The notes under the pieces were generated by a model, which was not told where the DNA came from, did not search any database, and saw only the letters and a list, made by a program, of their open reading frames with translations. Below, piece after piece: positions 28,316 to 38,399 of a stretch of 64,000 nucleotides of DNA; within the stretch, counting starts at the first letter, position 1, and each line of letters opens with the position of its first letter. Source of the stretch: Candidatus Omnitrophota bacterium (GTDB lineage: Bacteria; Omnitrophota; Omnitrophia; Omnitrophales; Aquincolibacteriaceae); the NCBI GenBank assembly GCA_022711115.1, contig JAKLFP010000003.1, positions 9,199 through 73,198 on the forward strand, given 5' to 3'. A program made the translations under genes and the position numbers.

Positions 28316-28418
28316 TCCGAGAAGTTCGGAGATGCGCGGTTTTCAGCAGTCAGAGGGGAATCGATTTTGATGCCCCATAGTGGCCTATGGTCGAAACAAA
28401 TGTCAAAGATCAAAAAAA

Positions 28419-28919
28419 CTATCGGCCGTTTTTTAAAATTTGTTTTTGGTTATTCTTATCCTTCAAGACAGCTTCGAGAAGATTTTGCTTTCTCTCAGCA
28501 TATTTGGTCGCCAAGCTTGGTTTCAATATGATCAACTGGTTTAGATGTTCAAGCGCAAGACGATAGTCACCTTTTTTCTCATAAAGATCGAGCAACGAAC
28601 GTCGCGGCACACCTTCGTCACCTTTGGTCTTCGCCAACTTTAAAGCGATATTGTATTCTTCTATGGCCAAATCAAGTTCACCAGCATCTTCGAACTTACT
28701 TCCCTTACGAATATGTTCCCACTGCTCATGTATTTTTTGTCTTCTAATTTGAAAAGCATCGCTCTGTTCTTTACTTGCACCAACAATCATTATCGTGTCT
28801 CCTCCTGATTCGCGCGATTCACTACTTTTAGTCTCTTGAGACGGCTTGCCGGCAAAGCCCATAAGCAAAAAAACTATTCCACACACATACGTTATTGTTT
28901 TAATTTTATCGTATCGCAT
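28419..28919 (-). CDS. small secreted TPR-like protein (candidate cognate immunity/partner of 28919-30634)
   Basis: 166 aa with a signal peptide and TPR-like helices. Its ATG abuts the stop of the large gene. Confidence 0.5.
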   Translation of the reverse strand: MRYDKIKTITYVCGIVFLLMGFAGKPSQETKSSESRESGGDTIMIVGASKEQSDAFQIRRQKIHEQWEHIRKGSKFEDAGELDLAIEEYNIALKLAKTKGDEGVPRRSLLDLYEKKGDYRLALEHLNQLIILKPSLATKYAERKQNLLEAVLKDKNNQKQILKNGR

Positions 28920-30634
28920 TAGGAGTTCCCTTCTTCAAAAGATAATTCATCTGGATTAACAATATAAGTATGCGTATTCTCATCATACGAAACGCCAGCG
29001 GTAGTTTCAAAGAAATAGTCGAGTTTACTACCACTTGCTTGCGCCGCTTCACTAAGCCGTGCTACAAACTCTCCTATCTTATTGCTGCCATCTGGCACGG
29101 GGAAATAATCGAAGTGATCAGCGCCAAGAATTTTGATATTTAGGGTGGTGATACCTTCAAAGGATTTGTTACCACCTAAAACTGGGCCAGCAAGCGGCAC
29201 ATAATCTTTATCACCATAGATATTGATAAACGTTTTTACGTGAGAATTATCAATATGCCCTTCATAAAATGTCCCTTCGATCGATGGCCCGCCAAGCGAA
29301 ATAATCGTGGAGACATTGTAGTCTCGTCTATCAATTGCTTTCAAGAAAGGATTTAGACTTCCCGAATACAACACCGAAACGACGCCGTGATCTCGCTGAG
29401 CTGGTGTCATCGTGATCCATTTCTGATCCAGCTTATTGATAAGCTCATCGGTAAGCTGGTCTCCTCCCAGCATATCCGTCACCCAGGAAAAAGTATCTGT
29501 GACCGGATTACCGTTTTCATACATAGGCGCCAGAAAAATACTGGAAGGATCTACACCGCGCTCTACCAAGCGATTTACGAGGTTAATCTCATAATCGGGG
29601 GAAACGCCTTCCGGCTTGGTATTCCAAATTCCGTTCGACGCGATAAAAGAAACGAGACCCTGTTTCTGGATGGATGTCAACTGGGCCAGTGTCATTCCGC
29701 TGACATTAATACTCTGTCCGCTGGGTGCCGTCATGCTAAAAGAAACAAGCTGGCCTTGGGAAAACTCGAGTCTCGCTCCGGTTACCTTATTAATGAAAAC
29801 GGCTGAATAAATACTTCCATCCGGATTCAAAGCGATCTGATTCCCGCCTGTTGCATAAATTTCAAAAAGATCCTTACTATCTGAAAAAACCCGGTAGCCA
29901 TGAGCTTGCCCGTTTTTCACTTCCAGAACAGTATGCATACCATCGGGGAATGTGGTTTCTACAACCCCCTCTTTTAATAAAAACTTTCCGCCGGCGCCGA
30001 TTACAAACGCGCCTCGTTCCACCTGATTACCACTTCTTCGCCCTAAAAGGATCGAATCATCCGTTGTTGAAAAATACAGATCGTTGTTTGCATCAATGTG
30101 GATAGCTTTTACGGGTATTCCGTTCACGGTCGTATATTCCGCCTGTCCTGTAAGAATATCGGCAAGTCCGCCTTGCCGCAGAATGGATTCGATCGCATCC
30201 CTCTTGAAAATAGAAGTGGCATACAAATCCAACGCAGCCAGGAGCCCTTTTTCCCGAATCAGATCAACAAAGTTAATGGCTTGGGAAAAATAGAACGCCA
30301 GACTTTCGGGACTCGTTACATCCATCCCGTCAAAAGGGTTCAGCCGTTTGACGGAATCCAAAAAGGCTTCGGCCATGGCACTCATGATCGTCTGATCGGG
30401 ATTGATTGCTCCCATCACTCCAGCAGTAGCCAAACGTAAACCTAAAGCCGAAAAAAGAGGGTTGATATTAAGTTTTTCGCTCGCAAGATCGAATCCAATG
30501 GAAAGAACACCCCCTATCGTTTCTCGACTGAACACGGCATTTTGGATGGACTGCCATAAGGAAGTCATCCCGCCATTCGGATTTAAGAGGTCCCTTGTAA
30601 CGCCTCCCACTGCCGCGGCAAACGGCAAACCCAC
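28919..30634 (-). CDS. large effector-like protein B (paralogue of A); GTG start as listed
   Basis: 571 aa with the same motif set as A (LYSGS, YGDKDYVP, ILGADHFDYF). Confidence 0.55.
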   Translation of the reverse strand: MGLPFAAAVGGVTRDLLNPNGGMTSLWQSIQNAVFSRETIGGVLSIGFDLASEKLNINPLFSALGLRLATAGVMGAINPDQTIMSAMAEAFLDSVKRLNPFDGMDVTSPESLAFYFSQAINFVDLIREKGLLAALDLYATSIFKRDAIESILRQGGLADILTGQAEYTTVNGIPVKAIHIDANNDLYFSTTDDSILLGRRSGNQVERGAFVIGAGGKFLLKEGVVETTFPDGMHTVLEVKNGQAHGYRVFSDSKDLFEIYATGGNQIALNPDGSIYSAVFINKVTGARLEFSQGQLVSFSMTAPSGQSINVSGMTLAQLTSIQKQGLVSFIASNGIWNTKPEGVSPDYEINLVNRLVERGVDPSSIFLAPMYENGNPVTDTFSWVTDMLGGDQLTDELINKLDQKWITMTPAQRDHGVVSVLYSGSLNPFLKAIDRRDYNVSTIISLGGPSIEGTFYEGHIDNSHVKTFINIYGDKDYVPLAGPVLGGNKSFEGITTLNIKILGADHFDYFPVPDGSNKIGEFVARLSEAAQASGSKLDYFFETTAGVSYDENTHTYIVNPDELSFEEGNS

Positions 30635-30810
30635 AAGTTCCGCAATGCGGGGCTCTCAGCAGTCACAGATCTATTGGTTTTGATGCCCCATAGCGGCTTA
30701 TAGGCAGAATATAACCCAGATCGAGATTCGCGGGATTGTGGCACTGTGAAGAAAAAGAACTAAAGAAGAAGTTATTTCGATGCCGTGATTACGGCATTCG
30801 CAAGATTGAT

Positions 30811-31335
30811 TCAGCCCCAACGCACCATGTCAGGGTTAACAACTTCATTGCATTTTGTACATTTCGGTTGCGAACGAGACACTTTACCCTCTTCGCAGTT
30901 CGGGCAGACATCAGTATCAAGGAGAAGGAAAACGTTTTTTCCCATCTCGGCACCACATTCCGGACATGTGGAATGCAACAACTTGAAGTCCCAAACTCCC
31001 CAGCACGAGGGACAATAATCATGCGGAACCTTTTTGATGACACCATCTGTAATATAAGTATGGACGGTGGAACTGCTATCGACGCGAAATGGTTTCTTTT
31101 CTCCTCCAAAACAAGCGATTCCGGTTCTAACCATAGAGATTGATTTTTCTTTTTCCGAATCAAACACGTCAAGATCCATGTTGATGGAGATCGAATATTT
31201 TGTGGCAAGAGAAGCACACAAATCTTCCAGTTTCGCCTTTAATTCTTTTAGATGCCCCGCTTTATGCAATTCTTCAAATTTATCATAAACGGCGTCCGCT
31301 AACTTATCCAACTTGTCGAATTGATTCGGCTCCAT
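30811..31335 (-). CDS. double zinc-ribbon protein with helical N-terminal domain
   Basis: Four CxxC pairs (CPSC...CPEC...CPNC...CTKC) in the C-terminal half. Confidence 0.45.
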   Translation of the reverse strand: MEPNQFDKLDKLADAVYDKFEELHKAGHLKELKAKLEDLCASLATKYSISINMDLDVFDSEKEKSISMVRTGIACFGGEKKPFRVDSSSTVHTYITDGVIKKVPHDYCPSCWGVWDFKLLHSTCPECGAEMGKNVFLLLDTDVCPNCEEGKVSRSQPKCTKCNEVVNPDMVRWG

Positions 31336-31403
31336 TCCGCCCTCCCATTAAACGCCATGATTTATGTAAAAAACGAGAACCAATTTTTGAATTCTTCTTA
31401 CTT

Positions 31404-32051
31404 TCAAGGTTGCACGTTATTGCGAATCCTCTCCAGAACGGTCCGATCCAATTTAGCAAGATCGTGTTCGCTGACAAGACCGTAAAGTTCAAAGCCATCC
31501 GCATAAAGCTGCAATTGTATTTCGGGACATTGTTCCGACAGGAAGTTCAACCAGCGCAAAAAGCTTTCTCTCGCTTGAGTATTCTGACCTAGCTCTTTTT
31601 CGGCTTTAGCCTTAGCCGCCCATGCAGAAACGCTATTTTCGGGATCCATACCCAAAGCAGCATTGAAGCACTCTAAAGCTTCCTCCCATCGGTTATTCTC
31701 CAGGAGCAAATTTCCTTTTTCCTGGAGCCAGCCGGTATTCTGCGGGTCAATGGCGATGACTTTATCGTAATTCTCAAGCGCATCCGTGAGATTACCAAGA
31801 CAACCTAAACAATAAGCCTTTCCGCTATATATGAATTTTTCTTCGCTTGCTCGATATTCAACATTACTTGCTAAAGTTTTATCAAAATATTCTAGGGCAG
31901 TTTTAAATTCTTCCTTATCCATAGCCTCCCGTGCAAGCTTAAGGTATCCAACTTGATGCAATTCACGACGATAAATGGCCATATTGTTCCTTGGATGTCG
32001 CTTTTGAGGGATAAAATGACATGAATTTTTAAAAAGCAATTCTAACATCAA
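31404..32051 (-). CDS. TPR-repeat protein
   Basis: Three or four TPR units. The likely real start is MAIYRRE with an aagga SD near 31982. Confidence 0.5.
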   Translation of the reverse strand: MMLELLFKNSCHFIPQKRHPRNNMAIYRRELHQVGYLKLAREAMDKEEFKTALEYFDKTLASNVEYRASEEKFIYSGKAYCLGCLGNLTDALENYDKVIAIDPQNTGWLQEKGNLLLENNRWEEALECFNAALGMDPENSVSAWAAKAKAEKELGQNTQARESFLRWLNFLSEQCPEIQLQLYADGFELYGLVSEHDLAKLDRTVLERIRNNVQP

Positions 32052-35000
32052 TATTCATACTTATCTTTACGGTGGATAAATGCTTTCTTGCCTCCTTCCA
32101 AAATCTCAGCACCATGTTCACGTATACCTTGCTTTTTTAGAGGATCCTTAAGGGCGTTGTTAATAAATGAGTTTTCTATCGCTCCACTTACGTACCTTAT
32201 TCTTGCTTGGCCAGCGGAAGGCGCAACTTGGAAGTCGGCTACAATTACTTGTTCAGCGTCAGTATTTAAAACAAGATTAGGGTTATGCGTGACAACAATA
32301 ATTTGGCGCCGTTTCTTTGCTTGGCGGAAATAATCGATGAGATGCGCATACACAGATTTATTATCAAGGTTTTCCTCTGGCTGGTCTATGATAAGCGGTA
32401 TCCCGCTTTTCGCATCTAACGTGAGGTACATAAGCAGCAACACAATCCCCTTCTTGCCGGGAGACAGCAACTCAATATATGTGTTCTGATATTTTATGCT
32501 ATACGTCACACTAAAGAATGAAACACCGAAAAGCCATGCATCAAAATCGATCTGCCTCTTTCCCTTCTTGAACTGATTTTCGGCATCTGATCCCTTTCCA
32601 TCTTCTTTGCCAAACGCCTGCATGAAACGTTCGACAAGAAGGTTGTATGTATCGGCATCTTCTACAAGTTCAATTTTCTCCGCAATAGATTTTATATCCT
32701 TAAACAATTGTTTATCGTCTTGATGATAACGACCAGATGCTTTAAAGTTAACAACCTCGCATGCCTTATCATAAAATCCATTTACATCAAATTCGATTCT
32801 TGCAGAATATCCGATTTGCTTCTCCCCTACATTCTCAGCGTCTATTTTTGCTTTAATGGGAGCACTAAGCGCTTCGAAAATTTCCTTTTCCTTTTGAAGA
32901 AGAATAAAATAATTTTTATAGGTTGTTTTTCTATCTTCGATTTTTTTTGCAAGGATAGGCATCTTAGTTTGTTCTATTTCAGCAATATTCTTCTCTAAGG
33001 CTGAAACCGTTTTCTTATTCTTCTCAATTTTGTCTTCAAAATCTTTGATTACATTTCTCGCATCAGAGGCGATGCTTGATTTTGCCTCTAACCAAGCGAT
33101 TTCCGCATTTAACCCAGAAAGGGAAAGCTTGTTAATATAATCTGAAGTTATTTCGCCGATCTTTTTGTCTTTGCCAGAAACAGGTGATGCCTCCTCCGTT
33201 GCACCTTCTAGAACAATTATCTGTCCCGTTAGTTTCTTCCTCGCTTCTTCTAGTTTAGTTTTAAACTCTGGGTCTACAGTAAATTTCAATTTACTATGAA
33301 TACCGCCTAGACCGATTGAATCAAGATCGGTTTTAATATCACTCAGTTCTTTTTCGATATGTTGAGACAATGTTGAGACCTTTGTCTCTATTGACTCTAT
33401 AGTGCTTAACTGAAGTTTGCACTCAGCAATCTTTTCGTTAATTTCGTTCTTCTTGGCGTAAAGAATAGTCAGCTTATCTTCGATGGCTTTCTCTTCAGCG
33501 TCTGCAGGCTTAGGCTTTTGCTCGTTTAATTGAGCTATTTCTTCTTCGGTCTTCTTTTTTGTTGTCCTTTGAATCTCGAGACTCCCAATCTCTTCCCTTA
33601 ATTTAGCGATCTCGCCATTGAGTTCAAAAATAAGTTTTTTGCAGCTACTCTTTTCCACCTCTACACTTCGTGTTCTCAGGCGTTTCAGGTCAGCAAATGT
33701 TGTTTGCCCAAGCCTGTCGGATATTGGAATATACTGAAAAACGATGTTTTCAATCTCTTGCCTTAATTCATCTGCGTGCTCAGGACGACATCTATTTTCA
33801 ATAAAACTTTGGGAAAGGTATTTAACCTTTTTCTTAGTTTTATAATCAGTCAATTCTTCATCTATAACAATCTCGTCAGGGTCGCCCTCTTTCCATCGAA
33901 TAGTTACCTTGCACTTATCAATCGTTTTTTCAATTTGTTTTGTTGGAGTTAAGGCTTTAAACACAAACGAGCTTGCATCGCCTTTTAGAAGCTCAAAATC
34001 ACCGCATGCTAACGCTATAAAATCAGCAAGTGCAGTCTTACCTGCACCTTTTTCACCGATGATAGCAACTAAGTCTTCATTTAGAGGAAGTGGCGTCTCT
34101 TCAAACCAACCGTTGGAATTTGCAATTTCGACTTTATCAATCACATTCGCTAGATTTTTTCCTTTTGCAGGCATCTTGCCAATATGAATCCTATCTTCTG
34201 GCTCAAGAACAACCTGCTTAAGGCCTATAAATGTCGGGTCTGCTTTTATCCAGCAAAAGCGTTCGAGGTCTGGTCTAGTCTCAAGCTCCTGCTCCGTGTG
34301 AGCATCTGACCCATGGACGCAGGGAAACAATCTGCCGAATTCAGCAATAAATTCTTTCGGCTCTGCATAAGAGGCTTTGTCTTTGCCAAGGAACCAAGCA
34401 ATGTCGTTAGGATTAGAATTAAAAATGCCGTGAGAGATTTGAAGCAGAGTCTTTCGCAATCCATAATCCTGCCCCCAATCGATATCGGACCAAAATTCGC
34501 TTTCTAGAAAAAGAAGATATTTCCCCTTAAAATAATCTGGTTTGTTGCGTAAAGCATTTACTATCTCATCTATTTTAAAAACGATATTCTTTGTGCCGGC
34601 AGACAAATCAGTATCGTGTTTAAAATCGGCCTGTTTCCTACACTCTTTGCCATAATCCTCTATAGCCTTCTTATCAAGCTTAATTTTAGAAAGCTCTCCG
34701 GCGCTACCGCTTCCTTTATAAAAATGAAGATCACCCAAAAACTGCGCCTTAATATCTTGCGGAGAAACTTCGTCACTAAATATGACATGGAAGTTTAATC
34801 GTTTCGGCTCTTTATTGCCCCGCTTACAGACTATATTGTCCAAACGAAATTCTATGTTAGGAAGGATTAATTCCACACTTCCAAGTTTTCCTTTGTAGTC
34901 GGTTATAAGCTTCTCGTACCCATCTATGGAAAAATAATCTGTAACACCAATAACCTTGATCTCTTTTTGCTTCGTAACTTCATCAAGCTTCTTAAAGTAA

Positions 35001-35092
35001 GAATCCCAATTACTAAACCCATTACAGAAAGAAGCTGGAGAATGAACGTGTAAATCCCATTTTCGCCATACAGATCCTCGTTCATACTTCAT
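32048..35092 (-). CDS. PHP-domain phosphoesterase fused to SMC/Rad50-like ABC ATPase with long coiled-coil insert (candidate defence protein)
   Basis: The N-terminus has WDLHVHSPAS...GVTDYFSIDGY (PHP metal-binding motifs). Walker A is GEKGAGKT, followed by about 450 aa of coiled coil, then signature/Walker B/H-loop LIIDQPEENLD...VVTHNPN. Confidence 0.6.
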   Translation of the reverse strand: MKYERGSVWRKWDLHVHSPASFCNGFSNWDSYFKKLDEVTKQKEIKVIGVTDYFSIDGYEKLITDYKGKLGSVELILPNIEFRLDNIVCKRGNKEPKRLNFHVIFSDEVSPQDIKAQFLGDLHFYKGSGSAGELSKIKLDKKAIEDYGKECRKQADFKHDTDLSAGTKNIVFKIDEIVNALRNKPDYFKGKYLLFLESEFWSDIDWGQDYGLRKTLLQISHGIFNSNPNDIAWFLGKDKASYAEPKEFIAEFGRLFPCVHGSDAHTEQELETRPDLERFCWIKADPTFIGLKQVVLEPEDRIHIGKMPAKGKNLANVIDKVEIANSNGWFEETPLPLNEDLVAIIGEKGAGKTALADFIALACGDFELLKGDASSFVFKALTPTKQIEKTIDKCKVTIRWKEGDPDEIVIDEELTDYKTKKKVKYLSQSFIENRCRPEHADELRQEIENIVFQYIPISDRLGQTTFADLKRLRTRSVEVEKSSCKKLIFELNGEIAKLREEIGSLEIQRTTKKKTEEEIAQLNEQKPKPADAEEKAIEDKLTILYAKKNEINEKIAECKLQLSTIESIETKVSTLSQHIEKELSDIKTDLDSIGLGGIHSKLKFTVDPEFKTKLEEARKKLTGQIIVLEGATEEASPVSGKDKKIGEITSDYINKLSLSGLNAEIAWLEAKSSIASDARNVIKDFEDKIEKNKKTVSALEKNIAEIEQTKMPILAKKIEDRKTTYKNYFILLQKEKEIFEALSAPIKAKIDAENVGEKQIGYSARIEFDVNGFYDKACEVVNFKASGRYHQDDKQLFKDIKSIAEKIELVEDADTYNLLVERFMQAFGKEDGKGSDAENQFKKGKRQIDFDAWLFGVSFFSVTYSIKYQNTYIELLSPGKKGIVLLLMYLTLDAKSGIPLIIDQPEENLDNKSVYAHLIDYFRQAKKRRQIIVVTHNPNLVLNTDAEQVIVADFQVAPSAGQARIRYVSGAIENSFINNALKDPLKKQGIREHGAEILEGGKKAFIHRKDKYEY

Positions 35093-35243
35093 TTTTTACC
35101 GCCCTTTTTCTTTGAAGTCATGCGTAACGACATCCTTTAAAATCTTTTTGACACAATTCAAGCAAAAGACGATATTCGATTTTCAAAGTTTCCTTGCGAC
35201 GCGCCATCTTAATAGCAGGCACTTTCTCGTCCTACAATTATCC

Positions 35244-38200
35244 TTAAATCTTTCCACCTGAAATATCAAAAAACCGCTCAAAGAAGCGTGTCAATTTATC
35301 TAAAACACTCTCGCGTTTTTTGGAACGCTCCCCTCCGGGAGAAAAACGTGATACCGGCGGCAAGACTTTGACCAGAGCAGTACCCGTGGTCGCAACCCTG
35401 CCATTACGGAACGCATCCCGAACAAACTGATAGGTTTTGTCGCGATCAAGATTTTCCTGTTTAATAATCGTTTCCAGTTCTTCTGTCTTTTTCTTTTCCA
35501 CATACTTCTGCCAGTCCTCGTCAACAGAAGCATGGATATCCAGGGAAGCGATAAACTCGTTGATGAGATCTTTTTTGTTGCGCAATTCAACGCTTGAGTC
35601 GATGGCCTTGTTGATGTCGACAAGGATTTCGCGGTTTTTGATGTGGTCTTCGTGGTACTTTTTAACGAGACTCAAAATATAATCGATATTGATCTCAATC
35701 TGTTTGATCAGCTCCATCTCAAACACGATATCGTCGTTAATATTCTCCTTTTCAGCTTCACCGGTATTCCGAAATTCATTATAAAGGTCAATGTAGATGC
35801 TGTGATAGTCCTGCGTTTGGCGCTGGGTTAAAATTTCGTGACCGCTGAATTCGTCAAAAGTAACGAGGATATTTCGGACCCGCAAAATGGCGCTGTAAAG
35901 CCTGATGAAATCTTTTTGATTTTGTTCTCCGACGATCCGCTCACCAATCGGGAATTTTGCCAAAAGCTCTTGAACGAGAGAGGCATATCCACGGATTTCC
36001 TTGTCACCGTCTTTGTAGCCGTTGTAGTACTCCTCATACGTTTTTAGAAGAACGATTCCGCTGGCTTCCTTATCGCCAAAGAGGGCGATGGATTCATTGG
36101 TTGCTTTTTCCAGATTCCGAAAGCAAACAATATTTCCGAACGTCTTGACGCTGTTTAAAATGCGATTGGTGCGGGAATATGCCTGCAACAAGCCATGCAG
36201 GCGAAGATTTTTATCCACCCACAACGTGTTGAGCGTCGTGGCGTCAAAGCCAGTCAGAAACATGTTCACAACGAGCAGAAGATCCACTTCCCGATTTTTC
36301 ACCCGCTCGCTGACATCCTTATAGTAATTCTGAAACTTATCGGAAGACGTGTCATAAGAGGTCCCAAACATCGCGTTGTAGTCTTGAATGGCGCTCTCAA
36401 GAAAATCCCTTGAGCTTTGGTCCAATCCGCTGGTGTCCTCGGAATTTTCGTCAATCACCCCATCAATCTCTTCCTCATTGATACCAAAGCTGTAAATCAG
36501 GGCTATTTTGAGTTTTCTATCGCTCGGTGCCTCTGCGATCTGTTTCTTGAATTCAGCGTAATACTTCTTGGCCACTTCGATTGAAGAGACGGCGAAAATA
36601 GAATTAAAACCGGCCAGCCTGCGATTCTTAAGCTTGTAAAAGCTGTTTCGTTTCGTTTTTTGATCGAAATGCTCGCGGATATAGTTCACGATATTGGCTA
36701 AACGTTTCGGTGAAGCAAGCACCGCTTCCCGGTCAATATCGCGCACTTTCTTGTCCTCAATATTTTCAGCTTCCTTTAAAGTCGAAACATAATCCACTTT
36801 GAACGGCAGAACATTTTTGTCCGCAATAGCATCGACGATGGTGTAGGTATGGAGTTTATCGCCAAAAGCCTGCTCGGTCGTCTTAAAATCCGGACGTCCA
36901 CCCGCCGAAGCATTCACTGCAAAAATCGGCGTCCCGGTAAAACCGAAGAGATGGTAATTCTTAAATGCTTTCGTAATCGCGGCATGCATTTCACCGAACT
37001 GAGACCGATGACATTCATCAAAAATCAGCACCACATGGCCGTCAAAAATTGTATGTCCCTTGTTGCGGCCGATGAACCGGTCGAGTTTTTGAATGGTAGT
37101 GATGATAATGCGGGCCTTAGTGTCTTCCAGCTGTCGTTTCAATATCGAAGTACTGGTATTGCTATTGGCCGCACCTTTTTCAAACTTGTCGTATTCCCGC
37201 ATGGTTTGATAATCAAGGTCTTTGCGGTCCACAACAAAAAGCACCTTGTCGATAGAAGACAGTTTACTTGCGAGTTGGGCGGTTTTGAAACTCGTCAGAG
37301 TCTTGCCCGAGCCGGTGGTATGCCAAATGTAACCGCCCGCCGCTACGGTTCCGAGTTTTTTATAGTTCGTGCTCACCTCAATCCTGTTCAATATTCTTTC
37401 CGTTGCCACAATCTGATACGGGCGCATTACCAAAAGCTGTTTGTCAGCCGTGAACACGCAGTAGCGGGTGAGGATATTAAGAAGAACATGTTTGGCAAAA
37501 AAGGTCTTGGCAAAATCGACAAGATCAGCAATCGGTTTATTGGTCGCATCCGCCCACCAGCTTGTGAATTCGAAGCTGTTACTGGTCCGCTTGCCTTTCT
37601 TTAAGGAGCCTTCGCTTAATTCTTTGATATGTTCCGCACGTGTCGTGTTGCTGTAGTATTTCGTGTGAGTGCCGTTCGAGATGACAAAAATCTGAACATA
37701 TTCAAAAAGCCCAGAGCCCGCCCAAAAACTCTCCCGCTGGTAACGTCTGATCTGATTAAAAGCCTCCTGAATCGCCACCCCACGTCGTTTCAGTTCAATA
37801 TGAACGACTGGTAAGCCGTTAACCAGCACCGTTACATCGTAGCGGTTGGCTCTTTGACCTTCTTCAGTGGCGTATTGATTGATAACCTGTAGCCTGTTTT
37901 CGTGAATTTTGTCTTTGCGGAGCAAATAGATATTTTTAACTGTTCCGTCATCTCTTTTCAGGTTCTTGATAAAATCTTCCTGAATCGTGGCCGTTTTTTC
38001 GGCAATACTCTGGTTGGGATTAGCTATCTCGCCCGTAAAAAAGCGATCCCATTCCATATCGGAGAAGGTGAAGTCATTCAGTTTTTCAATTTGTTTGCGA
38101 ATGTTAAGAATCAAGTCGGTTTCGGAAGTGATCGCCAAATAGTCATAAGCCTGCGATTGCAACTGCTCGATAAACGCACGTTCCAGTTCCGCCTCACCTT

Positions 38201-38399
38201 GATACGATCTTGCAGTTCGGTACTCGGCTGAGTATTCCGCCACGACCGTACTTTGTGGATTTTCTGCCACCAACTTGTATTCTTTATTGCTTGGCATATT
38301 CTTTTTCCAACGGTTTAAAAGTAAGAAGTTTCTTTCGGTAGTATTCGTATTGTTTTTTTCGGGCATCGAGTTCCGCTGGCAAACCCATCGAAATATCAT
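35244..38399 (-). CDS. hsdR: Type I restriction enzyme R subunit
   Basis: Type I HsdR N-terminal nuclease domain, then an SF2 helicase with TGSGKT and DECHRSQ. The real start is probably MPSNKEYK at about 38297. Confidence 0.8.
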   Translation of the reverse strand: MIFRWVCQRNSMPEKNNTNTTERNFLLLNRWKKNMPSNKEYKLVAENPQSTVVAEYSAEYRTARSYQGEAELERAFIEQLQSQAYDYLAITSETDLILNIRKQIEKLNDFTFSDMEWDRFFTGEIANPNQSIAEKTATIQEDFIKNLKRDDGTVKNIYLLRKDKIHENRLQVINQYATEEGQRANRYDVTVLVNGLPVVHIELKRRGVAIQEAFNQIRRYQRESFWAGSGLFEYVQIFVISNGTHTKYYSNTTRAEHIKELSEGSLKKGKRTSNSFEFTSWWADATNKPIADLVDFAKTFFAKHVLLNILTRYCVFTADKQLLVMRPYQIVATERILNRIEVSTNYKKLGTVAAGGYIWHTTGSGKTLTSFKTAQLASKLSSIDKVLFVVDRKDLDYQTMREYDKFEKGAANSNTSTSILKRQLEDTKARIIITTIQKLDRFIGRNKGHTIFDGHVVLIFDECHRSQFGEMHAAITKAFKNYHLFGFTGTPIFAVNASAGGRPDFKTTEQAFGDKLHTYTIVDAIADKNVLPFKVDYVSTLKEAENIEDKKVRDIDREAVLASPKRLANIVNYIREHFDQKTKRNSFYKLKNRRLAGFNSIFAVSSIEVAKKYYAEFKKQIAEAPSDRKLKIALIYSFGINEEEIDGVIDENSEDTSGLDQSSRDFLESAIQDYNAMFGTSYDTSSDKFQNYYKDVSERVKNREVDLLLVVNMFLTGFDATTLNTLWVDKNLRLHGLLQAYSRTNRILNSVKTFGNIVCFRNLEKATNESIALFGDKEASGIVLLKTYEEYYNGYKDGDKEIRGYASLVQELLAKFPIGERIVGEQNQKDFIRLYSAILRVRNILVTFDEFSGHEILTQRQTQDYHSIYIDLYNEFRNTGEAEKENINDDIVFEMELIKQIEINIDYILSLVKKYHEDHIKNREILVDINKAIDSSVELRNKKDLINEFIASLDIHASVDEDWQKYVEKKKTEELETIIKQENLDRDKTYQFVRDAFRNGRVATTGTALVKVLPPVSRFSPGGERSKKRESVLDKLTRFFERFFDISGGKI

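Noticed and set aside
26170-30634. Reading the large A/B proteins as T2SS-secreted exoenzymes
   Set aside because: No N-terminal signal peptide appears in either protein. Only the small partners have one.
36849-37604. 251-aa + strand ORF
   Set aside because: Entirely antisense to hsdR helicase motifs, with no start context. Spurious.
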